From: Macrostomum lignano
Taxonomy: Eukaryota
Direction: 5' to 3'
Assembly (NCBI GenBank): GCA_002269645.1
Contig: NIVC01002358.1
Span: forward strand, 62,001-126,000
DNA: 64,000 bases
Part shown: in pieces, positions 11,702 to 24,500 of the stretch
Position numbering within the stretch: position 1 is the stretch's first letter
Layout of the letters: each line of letters opens with the position of its first letter
Program-made: the position numbers and the translations under genes
The notes under the pieces: model-generated
Databases searched by the model: none
The model's input: the letters and a program-made list of their open reading frames with translations, nothing else
What the model was told of the DNA's origin: nothing

Positions 11702-11946
11702 ATCTACGAGCGTATGATCTGGAGTTTATCTGCAATGATGTAACTCATTCGCTGTAGCGCACTTTAATAATAACCTTCTCGAATTTTCGTCATCCTATTT
11801 CTAAAAGTCAAACCAGCCGTGTCCCACTCGTGAGGCCATTCTATCCTTGGAAAACACGGCATTGCAGCCCAGTAATGAATGCAGCGGTGGGACAAAATGG
11901 GACACGGCTGGTCAAACATTCATTATCTTTAGTGCTCACCACCCCC

Positions 11947-13077
11947 TCAACAAAGGACACACAAGACACATAGCTGGCGAGCAGACAAGGTGAGAGAGCC
12001 TGGCAACGGAGCCCCCAACACCAAACAAAAGCAGGCGCGAAAGGAAAAGCAAAGCAAAAGGAACGCAGCGCCGAAAGCTGCATCGCCCGGCGACAAATAA
12101 CAGTTCACTGCGTCGCTGCGCCAGTCGCCCACGCTCTGGATCTCCCTGACTGACAGACCGAAACGCGCCGCCCAGGTGGCTGCACCCCTCCGCAAGCTGT
12201 GCACGGAGTAGCCTGCCGCGATGATGCCCGCCTTATTGAGCCAGCACTTGAACTGCACGTCCAACATCCGGGATGTCAGAGAGGCGCTGCCCGCTGAACC
12301 GCCTGAGATGGTGAACAGGCCCTGCTGCGGTAGCTTCAAACGATTGCAGCGAAGATGATCTCGCAGCGCCGTGACGGGACAGAGCGGGTGACCGGGCGTC
12401 AGCTGCGGCAGCAGAACCCTGTGGCTCCTGCCGAACTGGTTGCTTTTCCCCTAGCTGGACAGCAGAAGCAGACCGTCCTTGCACTCCGACAGAGAACTGA
12501 GCCGCAGCACTGGCGGATCAGCGCGCCCAACAGGCGACAGGCTGGACTTCCTAAACATACCCCACCAGGCGCACATGACTGCCGCCCAGCAGGCAGCTTG
12601 GGCTGGGTTCGAACAGTCAGCTTGGCGACGCAGCCTTGGTAAAATCTCGGGAGACACAGGCAGCTTGCGGCTCCGCTCCGCCCCGAGCTCGAGCTTGGCT
12701 CCCCGCAGCACCAGGTGCAGCAACGGATGCTTGGTCAGTTCTGGCGCCCCTGCCAGCTGGAAGTTGGCGGAGAGAGCACTGATGTGCACGCGGACGCTGC
12801 CGAAGGAGCTGAGCCGGCCATCCACGAGTCGGGCAACGTAATTCCCGAAGTCCTCCGCCCGGTAGCAGAGCGGATCGAGCCGCCCCTCGAGACAGAAGCG
12901 TTGCCAGGAGCGGATGGCGGATGATAGAGACTTCTTGGATGATGAGGCGTACGCCTGCTGGAGAAGCTTGGCGGCGGCGGCGTCGAGAGACCCAGGGAGG
13001 CGACCTGCAAAAGGAGAAAGGCGGCGGTGGGAGGGCTGAGCGCATGACTGGCAAACTCTTGCGGGCTGACACAACAT
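11947..13077 (-). pseudogene. Tyrosine recombinase of the DIRS-like element, one frameshift near 12455
   Basis: Catalytic set visible: MFRKSSL (R), GKSNQFG (K), HSLRRGAAT (HxxR), GDWRS (W), NCY (Y). Bridging needs a 1-nt shift at ctgtccagctaggggg. Confidence 0.88.
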
Positions 13078-13631
13078 GTTGCGTAGACTCGCAACACAAA
13101 ATTCACCAATTCTTGACGGCAGTGCAGACGGGAAGCTGCGTCAGCAAACAGCTGAAACCAGCCAGGCAAACAATCTGAATGTACACCTAGCGGTTGAGAA
13201 CCCATCTGAAGGTACACCTAGGGGTTGAGAACCCATCTGAATGTACACCTACATGATGGGCAGTAACCATCACGTTCTGCTTCAGGAAAAGCAGAGCAAC
13301 AGTTTGCAGCAGCCGCAGCAACCGGGGCTCCCTGGAAGACCCCTTGTTGATGATCGCGCAGGCGCCAGCGCAGCAAGCCCAGCAGGACCGCAGCAGCCTC
13401 CTTGTAGTTGATGCAGCACTCGCTGAAGACGCCGCCAGCATCGACATCCCACTTCAGGTAGCACCAGTCAAAACCAGCCGGGTCACGCAAAATAGCTGCC
13501 GCTCCCACCAGGCAGGCGTCTGTCTCTATGGCAACCGGTCTCCTGTCCGTGGGCCAAATTTCACGACCTCGCTGCTGCCGCAAGGCCACCTTCCACCAGC
13601 CGAGGATGCTTCTCAACTGGTCATCCACCAA
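13070..13631 (-). pseudogene. DIRS-type RNase H domain, frameshifted
   Basis: LGWWKVAL...IETDACLVGAAA...CINYKEAAAVLLGLLRW...LPGWFQLFADAASR match DIRS RNase H motifs (TDAS, INxLE, PGxxNxxADxxSR). A 32-bp tandem duplication at ~13175-13255 disrupts the frame. Confidence 0.75.
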
Positions 13632-13680
13632 TAGCCGATCCTTAGAGCTTGACAGGTTGCTGACGCGGTACCCGGCGCTG

Positions 13681-14550
13681 CTACCAATCCGAGGTCGCGG
13701 TCACCGAGCTGTCCCAGGCGCCGGCACCCGCCTGCTGCACCCTGAACTCGTTGTCGTAGCGCAACACGCGACCGCGGGCGAAACCGAGGTCAAGGAGGTC
13801 GCTTATCTTGACTGTGTGCTTCAGGTACTCGAGCAACTCCAACATGTCGATGGCGCCGTCTCTGAGAACAAGAAGCCTGCCGTCCTTCAGCATCTGCATC
13901 AGCGCATTCGCATTCCCGGTAATCCAGTCACCAACAGACAGACTGTCCAGAGTGAATTGCTTCGATCCCCGCCTGGCTCGATTTGTTCAGTGACAGCAGC
14001 CGCTTCCGAGTGCTGATGAAGTCTGGCACCCGACACGTGCTCGGATGCTGCTGTCCTGGCTGCTGCACTTCATTTGGCCCTCCAGTTGTGGGTCCCAAAA
14101 CCAAGTCCTCAAGGTATGAGTACTCACCGGGTACCGCGACATTCGGTGGTCGTTGCGGCGGCTCATCAACCCGGCCGCCCAGCTGCCGGATCTCAGCTTC
14201 ATGCGCGCTTGATCCCGGCGAATCGTCAGTAGGCGCAGCTGCTTCTCCGCCTCCAGCAGCTCCCGGTCCAGGTCGCCAGTCCCGTGGGTCTCTCCTGCCG
14301 CCCTCCTGTCGCCGGCTGTCGCCCTCCTGTTGTCTGAAGACATCTCGCTGAGCTCCTGCCTCCTTGGATGATCGCTGCTGTCACGATCACCGATGAGTCC
14401 AGAGATCGATGCTGATTGGGCTCGTGCTGAGTCTCGTGCCTCCGCCTGTCGGTGTCTCTCTTGCAAAGTGTGTTTGTTTCCAGCAGTGTGCAGGCCTCTT
14501 GCACGCAAGGCGGTGCGCAGCTCCTTTACAGTCATAGGGCTGTGTGACAT
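13681..14550 (-). pseudogene. gag-like ORF with N-terminal SAP domain, frameshifted
   Basis: MTVKELRTALRARGLHTAGNKHTLQERH fits the SAP consensus. The C-terminal LDSLSVGDWITG...EYLKHTVKISDLL...VLRYDNEFR...W resembles DIRS/Ngaro gag. Confidence 0.65.
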
Positions 14551-15684
14551 GACTCAGCAGTCCAAAAAAATTTTCCAAAAAAATTCAAGCGCGCTGCGAG
14601 ACAAACTCAGCTAGCCCGCAGGCATAAAAACCCTCCCGAAGGAGGGGGGTGGGCGCAAGCCGAGGGCGTTGGCGGTGTACACAAAACGCCGTTTAGTGCT
14701 GGCAGCACAAACCAGAAACTTCTGAATCATCATTTCCAGAAACTTCTAAGTAAGGCCAAAAATACTCCTTCATGGGACGCTTTATGGCAGGAAAATAGAC
14801 AGACGAATGGGTTTAGTTTAGAAGCATACAAGCAAGATTTTCATTTTTAGTATATAAAATTTGCAGTTTTCCCATATAAGTTTCAACGCTGACTTGCCAG
14901 TAGTCTAGGAGAAAAGTTGCAACATACTGACAAACAAACAATTCTCATTTCGATCGTCAAAAGTCTATGGCCTAAGCCGCAGCTGCTGCGAAGCTGAGCT
15001 GAGCTGCTGCATGCAGATCTACGGCTGTTTTCATTTTGATTGTCCATTTTCTCATATTGATTGTCAAAACCAATATTAGGATGGATTTAGTATATATTTA
15101 GATCAAATAACCATATCTTGAGGTTTAAAACAAAAGTTCACAATATGTGCTTCTTTAACTTCGTTGGTATATAATTTGCATATGGGATTATTATCGTATT
15201 TGTTGTAGCGTTTCAGAAGCTCTTTTTTAATTTTTTCAATGCCTACAGAGCGCGGGCCTTGAAAGCGCGGTGTCCGGGAGGCCACCACTCTCCAGCGAGC
15301 GTGCCCAGTAGCCCGTAAATGTTTCTCGTAGCGCAGGATAAGATTGCTTTCCATCAAATTAGGGGCCTTTATAGGCCTCTAATATTTAAGTTTCCTTTAA
15401 ATCAATTTTCTTTATAATTTTCGACTGACAAATTTTAAGTATCAAATTAAATTAAATTTATTTACTTGTTGGGCCTACAAAGTTTTTATATGCCTATTGC
15501 CTAGCCCTAATCAATGCAATGCCTAGAATTTTCTATTTAATTGTTAGATTGCAAATAGGCCCCTATTGATAGAAATATATTTAAGTTTATTGTAAGGTTA
15601 TATATTATAAAATTATATTTTTATATTGCAAATTGGTTAGAACCTTTATGCAGATCTTAATTTAATTTTTATATTTATAGTATT

Positions 15685-16120
15685 CTATCTAATATATCTA
15701 AAGTAGCAACCCCCCCTCCACCGGCCCTGTCTGTCTGTGGGTATGTAACAGGTTATCTCCCAAAAGGCTCAACCAATTTTCTCCGTTTCTTCGCCAAAAG
15801 ATGTCAAATGTGCCCGGGACGGTACATGTAATTTTATTAAGCTCTAGCTCAATGCTAAGGGGATTAAATATTCGAAAAACTCTTTTAAATGGCCTTTTTA
15901 GTGTATTTTTTTATCAGCCTGCGCGCAGCGAGAAACTTCACAGCCAATTTTAATGATTGCGCCAGAGCCAACTGATAAGAAAATTCACTTTGCCCCACTG
16001 CCCAGATAATTACTCTATTTAACTTGCGTAACCAATTAAGGGGGGGGGGGTATAATAAAAATTCTGGATGCTTCCATCCAATATACTAAAAATCAAAACT
16101 ATGTACCTACCTACCTATAT
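15685..16120 (+). mobile_element. Possible non-autonomous Helitron/HINE-like fragment
   Basis: tctatctaatatatctaaag start, then ctgtctgtctgt and atctcccaaaaggctcaaccaattt, reminiscent of Helitron-derived short elements. No 3' hairpin/CTAG end was identified. Confidence 0.3.
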
Positions 16121-16994
16121 ATAGGAATCTTCGTTTAACTTGACTTTGTGTAGTCCGAATTTCGTGGGGTTTTCTGCATTCGATGGGTATTGATGGTGCG
16201 CTGGTACACAACATTTTGCTAAGAAATTGCTTCATTTTTTCGGGATTAAATATTCAAAAACTCAATTTTTGCCCCGTTTTTTTTAAGTTCAAACAGTTCT
16301 TTCCAATTGAGAAGCATTCTGACTGCCGATGGAATTGTATTGCATCATAACTCAGTGCCAACTATAGCATTGGTTCTCTACACTGGCGTGGAGAGCTATA
16401 AGAGTTGAAAGGTTGCGCAACACCTTTTAGTTATTGAATTGAGGGGCGGGTATTGCCATTCAATGAGTCCCGGGCATTGGCTTGGTTGTGAATTTCAATG
16501 CATCAACTGCAGGCCTCTCACTGTAGCTGGCGCTGAATGTACACCTTATGAATTTGACTGCTTTAAAGCAGGAATGTCCAACCGTTGTTTGTGCTTCGAG
16601 TTTTTCACTTTCAGAAGAGAGCCTTGTATTGCTGGAAAGAGCTAGAAACGCTGAGTTCGAGAATATAATCTGTTTGCTGAGATTTGAAAAACTAAAAGCA
16701 CAGCATAAAAAAGAAATTTCTATACTTTTTACTCTATATTCTCATTGTACGCTCTCTCATATTGCAAACCCCTGCTTATCGCAACTCCACAATTCAAGCC
16801 AGCACCATTAGATCTAAATTTAGATTGCGTAACCATATTGTTGACTTTAATTGTTGACTTTATTAATTGAAACTGATATTGACTGCCTGAGAAATTGATT
16901 ACGTCGTAACTGCTTCGAGTGATTTCTACTCTATGCTTGGAGTTTTCAAAGTGTTGAAATATATAATTGCTACAATTCATGTTATCAAAACGAT

Positions 16995-17052
16995 GAGAGC
17001 TAGCCTAGAGGTAAACAGACTGAACTGCTAATGCAGCGACGTGGGTTCAAAT
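16995..17052 (+). pseudogene. tRNA-like fragment (pseudo-tRNA or SINE head)
   Basis: A-box-like TAGCCTAGAGG at 17001 and B-box-like GGTTCAAAT at 17044, with a CTGCTAA loop between them. The 3' T-stem and acceptor stem are missing. Confidence 0.3.
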
Positions 17053-17339
17053 TTTTAGAGTGTTGAATTTTTTTATTAAAAAATTTAATTTAAAGAAAGC
17101 TTAAGGAACCTTTAAAATGTCAAGTAAATCATGTAAAAGAGAAGAAGCTACGAGCGTTTATGTAGTATAATCAAAAATTTTATTCAACTTTAAATTTTGA
17201 AAAGTTTTAATAAGGACTATTCCAATAGATAAGAAATTAATTATTGTAATAGCTGACGAAATTGTTTCACAATCTTGCTGAGGGTACTTTCTATCAGGGG
17301 ATGCTTGCTATCGGAAGGACGCTTGCTTTTGGGAATGCT

Positions 17340-20250
17340 TGCTCGGGGGAGATTGCTAACTGGGGGAATCACTGAGATGTCAAGGCTTGGTGGGGAAATT
17401 CCTGAGATGTCAAGTCTGAGAGGGGGGAGGGAATTGCTGAGATGTCAAGGCTTCGGGGGAATCACTGAGATGTCAATGCTTAAGAGGGACTTGCTGAGAT
17501 ACCAAGGCTTGGTGGGGAAATTCCTGAGATGTCAAGTCTTGGAGGGGGGGAATTGCTGAGATGCCAAGGCTAAAGAGAGACTTGCTGAGATGCCAAGGCT
17601 TAAGAGGGACTTGCTGAGATGCCAAGGCTTGGTGGGGAAATTCCTGAGATGTCAAGTCTTAGGGGGGGGGAATTGCTGAGATGTCAAATGCTTAGAGGGA
17701 CTTGCCGAGATGTCAAGACGTAAGACGGAATTGCTGAGATTTGAAGGCTGGGGGGGGAATTACTGAGATGCCAAGGCTTGAGGGCGAATTGCTAAGATGT
17801 GAAGGCTTGGGGGAATTTCCGAGATGTCAATGCTTGGTGGGGAAATTCCTGAGATGTCAAGTCTTAGAAGGGGGGAAATCTGTGAGATATCAAGTCTAAG
17901 GGGGGAATGCTGAGATGTGAAGGCTTGGGGGAATTTCTGAGATGTCAAAATCTTAGGGAAGGGAATTGAAGAGATTTCAAGTCCTGAGGGCGAATTGCTA
18001 AGATGTCATGTCTTTGGGGGGAATTCTATGGATTGGGGATTCTTTGAATGAGGGAGGGTGCTTTTAATATATATATTTGGATAGTGATTCATTGGGGAAT
18101 TCCTTCGTTGGGGGATTATTATTTCGATGAAGGGTTCTTTGAATGGGGGATTCTTTAGATGAAGGCTTCTTTCTATAGAGTGATCCTTTGGATATGAGAT
18201 TATTTGGGGGGATTCTTTATGAGGGGATTCTTTGGATGGGGAGTATTTCGACAGTGGTTCTTTAGATGAGGGGATTCTCTGGCCAGATTCTTTTGATGGG
18301 GATTATTTGAATGGGAGATTCTTAAGAGGGGGATTCTTTGGATAGGGGTGGATGGGGGATTCTTTGGATAGGGATGGATCTGGGGTTTTTTGGATAGGGA
18401 TGGATCTGGGGTTCTTTGGATAGGGATGGATGGGGGGTTCTTGGGATGAGGGATTCTTTGAACGGGGATTCTGTGGAGGTCAAGTCTTAGGGGGGGGGAA
18501 TTGCTGAGATGTCAACGCTTTTGACTGGGAGAAATTGCTAAGATGTCAAGATTTACTGGGGGGAATTACTGAGATATAAAGACTTACTGGGTGAATTACT
18601 GAGATTTCATTGCTTAATGGGAAATTCCTTAGATGTCAAGTCTTACAGAGGGGAATTGCTGAGATGGCAAGACTTACTGGGGAAATTACTGAGATATAAA
18701 GGCTTACTGGGGGAATTTCTGAGATGTCAAGGCGTGGGGGGGAGATGTCAAGGCTTAAGGGTAATTTTTGAGATGTCAAGTCTTGGGGAGGGGAATCACT
18801 GAGATTTCAAGGCTTGGTAAGAATTAAGGCTAGGATTTCAAGGCTAACTGCGGGAATTACGGGCGTACTGAGATATCAAGGCTTGCGCCGGAATCGCTAA
18901 GATGTCAGAGCTTCAGGGGAAAATGCTGAGATGTCAAGGCTTGGGGGATTTCTGAGGTGTCAAGGCTTGGGGGAATTGCTGAGATATTAAGTCTTGGGGG
19001 AAATTCTATGGATTGGAAATTTTTGGTTGAGGGGTGCTTCTAATGAATATTTTTGGATAGGTGATTCATTTGGAACTTCCTTCGATGGGGGATTCTTTCG
19101 ATGAAGGGTTCTTCCGATAAAGGCATCTTTTGGATTGGATTGGATTGGATTTGGATTGTTTGGACGGAGATTATTTGCATGAGGGGATTCTTTAGATGGG
19201 GGATATTTGGATGGGTGTTCTGTAGATGAGGGGATTCTTTGGCCAAGGATTCTATTTGGATGGGAGATTCTTTGGATTCTTTGGATGGGGGTTTCTTTGG
19301 ATTCTTTGGATGGGGTTTCTGTTAATGGGGATTATTTGGATGTGGATTCTTTAGAGGAGGGGGGTTTCTGGAGGGGGATTCTTTGGATTGGGATTATTTG
19401 GACGGGGGTTCTTTAGATGAGGGGATCATTTTGTCAATGATTTTTTAGATAAGGGATAATTTGGATTTGAGAATCTTTGGATTATTTAGATGGGGATTTT
19501 GTGGATGGGGATTATTTGGATGTCGATTATTTAGATGGGGATTCTTTGGATATGGATGGATTGGGGGATTCTTTAGATAGGAATGGATGCCGGGTTTTTC
19601 TAGATAGGGATAGATAGGAGGATTCTTTAGATAGGGATAGATGGGGGATTCTTTAGATAGGGATGGATTTGGGATTCTTTGGATATGGATGGATGGGGGG
19701 AATTCTTTGGATAGGGATGGATTTGGGATTCTTTGGATATGGATGGATGAGGATTTTTTGGATAGGGATGGATGGGGATTCTTTGGATATGGATGGATTT
19801 AGGATTCTTTGGATATGGAAGGATGGGGGGATTCTTTGGATAGGGATGGATTTGAGATTCTTTGGATGGGGATTCTGTGTATGGGGGATTCCTTGGATAG
19901 GAAATTCATTGGATGGGGATTCTTCGAATCGGGATTCTATCAATGGGGGTTCTTTGAATGGAGGATTCTTTGGACATAGGATTCTTTGCATGTGAGATTC
20001 TACGGATGGGCGATTAATTGGATTGGGAATTCTTCAGATAGGAGGATTCCTTGAGTGGGGAATTGTGTGGATTGTGTGAAGTGGGGAATTGAGTGGATTC
20101 TATCGATGGAGGTTCTTTAGATGGCGGATTCTTTGGATAGGGAATTCTTTGCATGTGAGATTCTTTGCATCAGAGATTTTATGGATGGGGGATTTTTTGG
20201 ATGAGGGATTCTTTGGATGTGGGATTCAGTGGGGTGAAATTTTATTGCGT
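17340..20250. repeat. Composite G-rich satellite block: ~28-30 bp gctgagatgtcaagg...gggaatt units alternating with ~15-bp ggggattctttggat units
   Basis: Two unit families arranged A-B-A'-B'; the A/B junction sequence recurs at ~18016 and ~18995. Confidence 0.88.
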
Positions 20251-22199
20251 GGGAAAACTGTGATTGGAGTTTGGACGGAAAGCCCCAACGGGGGTTGGAA
20301 TTGGCTAGTATCCCACTAATGCTTTTCAGCTATAATGCAGAAGGCTTTGGGGTTTAGTTTTCTGCAAAAAAAGCTCTATAGTCAATACTTGGTAGGTATG
20401 TGAACTTGTAATTATTTTTACTTAATTTTAATTTAATGATGATTGATGTAACTGATATAATATGATTATTGTTCCATTGAATTTGATCTTTATTTTGACA
20501 TAATAGTCCAAATTAATTATTGATTGATTGATACATTGATTATGCATTATTTTCCCTAGTAAACACTGGGTTCCTAATGTTAATTGGCCTATAATGTTGA
20601 TTTATAAAGTTCTCTTGAAATTTTTAGGTATTTTAGCTAGAGAAATTAGTAGAAGTGCTTGCTATATAATCAAGTTTCCTAATAGGCAACATTTTTTTAG
20701 AAACAAGTGATATCTAGGATATAGTAGAAAAAATGAACATTGCCTCTATAAGTACCTGGCACTTAGAAACAGATTTTTATAATATAATATAATATCGTTT
20801 AAAAATAAGTTTATTTCATTTAATTCTAATTAGTATTTAAGAATAATTATAGAAGCCAAGATAGTAGCTAGTATCCACTTTATAAGTCTTAGGTAAGTAG
20901 GTTATGACTCATTATTAGTTACTTTTAGATTATTGAAAACCCAGTAGTATATACATATGCAAGTACCATTTAATACTATGGAAATAATCCCAAGTCTCCA
21001 TGTAGGCTCTAAATAATAAGGTAAAATATTGCTTTTTTTCAATGCATATTTATATATTAGTACATTTATATTTTAGTTGCCATACATTATATAGTGATAA
21101 ACATAGCAATAAAACATATGAATGGTATATTAACTTAAATTCCACTTGGCACTTCTTTACCTTTATTCACCTCCCTTTATTCATTTACTAATAAAGCTGA
21201 AAATCACTTGTAGGTAAGATTCCCATTTGATTAAATTCCCCTATAAATATAATTGCTAGAAAATGCTGCTACAATAAAATGTAGCAACATATCTGATTGC
21301 AAATGCTAACATTAGACTTTGTATGTCATTAGTTACTGATATATATGAAGTAAGCTAGGTTTATAGTATACATGCTTTTGAAAAAGCTATTAGAGAGTTT
21401 CAGTATACAAAAGGTGCAGCAACTTAAATAAATATGCAACAAATAACAAACATATAACAGTGCAATAGTAAAAATAGGGGACACAAATGAGGCACTGCTC
21501 TGCTCTGAATTAGCTATTTGATTCTCAAGCAATCTTGAGCAAATTATTGAATTTTTGCTTTTTTAGTAGACAATTGTAGTTTCAATGTCTCTTGTATGCT
21601 ACAGCCTTATTCCTTGTGTCTTGTGCAGTACTAGATTCTAAAGTGCTTGTTCTGATATTTATATTTTATCATTGCACCCTGAAAGTAAGCAGTCAATCAA
21701 TTTAAGGTGGTGCAGTCAAGTTGTATTACTTACTGCTGATAACTGTACAGTATATTGCAAAAATTTGCAGCATAGCTAAATCTGCAAAACTTGAAAAGTT
21801 CACTTGAAAATGCAGCCACCATCTTTACTTGTCATCTGAAATACAAAACTCAAATGTTTCAATATTTTAAGTGGCAAGTTTAAAAGCATGATTTACCTAA
21901 TATACCCAAAGTGATAACCAACTTTCTCTCTATGTGCAACATGGCCTGCATGAGCTTTCATCAAGGAACTCTATAAAAACTATTCTATAATCCCAAAATA
22001 GACATACTAGTTCTACTTTGAATAGATACTATACACACTAATAATAGATTAACCTTTTTTACTTAGTGTCAATTTCATTCTAGATTACATATTGCACTTA
22101 ATTGAACAATTTAATTGATACTTCTTGCTATGATTCTTTTTAAAAGCTCTGCTTTAGCATTCTAACCTTGCCTTAAATCACCAAGATTTTTAAATCTCC

Positions 22200-24500
22200 T
22201 AGTCTCTAATCCCTAGGATACCTTGCTACTGCAGCCATGTATAAGACCTTAATTTTCAGGTATTCTTATAAGCACTGCCTTGAAATTTTGACCTTCAATG
22301 ACATTCTCATCAAGCATTGTCAGCAGCCTACTCCTAAGAAGCTTCTGTATTGTCATCAAGCCTACATATATAACATCTAGATATTTCAGATATGTATAGA
22401 AATTACTTGATTTTCTGTTATTACTACCTTCTGATGCAGCAGAAAGATGATCTGCTAGTTGCTCAAAGATAGAAGCAGCCCTGAAGCACTGCAGGGTACT
22501 CTCAACCAGGGGCTTTTTTGTAGGAAATGCCTTGGAGTAAGTAGCAAGGAAGACAAGGATGCCATATATCCTTGCATGAAGGAGGGTAGATATTAGAATA
22601 TTTCCTCAAAGCTGCTTAGCTCCCTGGCCATGTTGTCTGCTATGCCAATAAAAAAAGACTTGCCTATCCTGCTTTATTTTCAACCATGGCTAACTCCTCC
22701 ATTACGTAGTGCCTTAGGTGGTAGAGTCAAAAAGATGCCATTTTTGGCAGTTCTAAATCAATGAAGCTGCTTAGCTATGCCTCTCTAAAGCCACTCAACT
22801 CTAGGTTGAGATAATCCTCCAGCCTCAGCAAAGAGATGGAGGCAAGTTGATTTGGGTTAATCCTAGCAATTGCCCTTAGGCTCTTCTAGCATAGTTATTT
22901 TTTTGCAGCTTAGAAGCTATTGGCTATTCTTTGGCCTCTTTTGGTGGCAACATGCTCAATGAGGAATTGCCTCTCTGCAGCGTGCTGCGCTAGCATTCAA
23001 ATAGTTTCTTCTTTGGCAGATATGTGGTAAAAGCCAGAGCAAAAGTCCTATTAGAACTGTTCAATCTAGCTAGCCACATCAGCTTCAAAGTCCTTTACTA
23101 TAGCTAAACTATTGACATTGGTATTAACAATAAGGAAATATAGTACTTAGAAATAAAATATATTTAAATATGCTTACTTGGAAGAAAGCTCGATGCTGCA
23201 ATAGTAGCAACTACTTTTTCATACTAGCTGATGGGTCTCATGGCATTGCTTTAGTCAAGCAAGCAGCCAGGGCTCTAAAATGTAAGATATATGACAATGA
23301 AAGCATATACAATTATTGCTGCAGCAACTTCAACTGTGTAGTTGATTTTTGTCAAGGGGCATAAATATCAGTTTTTGTATGCAGAGTGTATGCTGCCAAC
23401 AAAAATTGAAGAACTTACAAAATTGTTGTAATCTAATAAGTGTCAAAAAAACTATCAGAATTTGGGATATCAATGTTTCAGATGTTCTGTGGCCAATTAT
23501 ACATTTGCTTGTGCTACATTCCTACAAATTCAGCACCTCTTTCTAAAAGTTAAACCAAAACTTTAAAATGAGAGAAAAGTTTCTAGACTAGCATTGTCTA
23601 AAGTATACTTTGTTGCAACAGTATTTTCTAATGAAAAAGTCACAGCTGACAGCTTTATGCTAGCATAGGATCTGTCTATGGCAATATTGCTTCAGCAGCA
23701 ATAATAGTAACAATAGTAGAGACTACAGTTATATTAGCTGCAAAAATCTATGTAACTAAGCTATAAAAATCAGGGGCATATAGGCAATATTAAATGCATG
23801 GCAATATATAGTTAAAATTGCTATTGTTATCTTTGCAGCCAATTTTACAAAGCTAAATTAGCTGCTAGATAAGAGCTGAAATCTGCTAGCTCCTAGCTTC
23901 ATGAAATTGTCCAAGGGCTAGTGCCATTGTTGTAATCAACAAAAAATCATACACTATCAGGATTTACATACCTTGCAATGGCAAATTACTATCAATATAG
24001 TCTGGCAACTGGCCACTTAGCAAAATTAAGGCAGAATGAGGCTTGGCAATTGCAATTGATAACAATCACCTAAGAAAAGACAATGCACTGTTTGATGCTC
24101 AAATATTATTTACTAGTGCTTTGAATTTGCTCCATATTGACATTAGATATAAGATGGTTCAGAAAATCAATGCAACTAGACTGTGCCATTTCCTTCATTT
24201 GTGAGCCAAAGTGCCTTGGCAGGCTCTATGGACATTCATTGTCTATCAGTTGTCTATCAGTTGGCCCTCGTTGTCTATCAGTCCAACACTATCTTGGAAA
24301 TGGATGTTGCAGTCCAATTGGCATTTCCACATATGTCTATAGGTGTCGAACTTTGGGACAACAAACTGCAGCTGCTGGTTTGCAAAGGTGGCTTGCAGCT
24401 TGCAAGCAGCATCATAGGAGATGACAAGCTTCTTTGCCATGCAGGAAGCAGCTGCACTGCGCACTACTGTAGCACTATAATGCAAACTGAAATTAATTAG
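22200..24500 (-). mobile_element. Heavily decayed DIRS/Ngaro-like relic
   Basis: 24246-24485 HYSATVVRSAA...VISYDAACK...W resembles the gag YD motif region. ADVAS* near 23075 resembles RNase H ADxxSR. LVESTLQCFRAAS near 22500 resembles a recombinase N-terminus. Many stops. Confidence 0.42.

Larger units (their letters stand above)
11850..14600 (-). mobile_element. Tyrosine-recombinase retrotransposon (DIRS/Ngaro-like) lacking reverse transcriptase
   Basis: Order on the minus strand is gag (SAP domain; YD.EFR motif), RNase H, tyrosine recombinase. No RT/YxDD region fits in the ~50 nt between the gag stop (13681) and the LGWW/RNase H start. Terminal repeats were not resolved, so the boundaries are approximate. 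Confidence 0.85.

Noticed and set aside
15103-16980. Short ORFs at 15103-15357 and 16439-16980
   Set aside because: AT-rich, with no motifs and no consistent exon chain.
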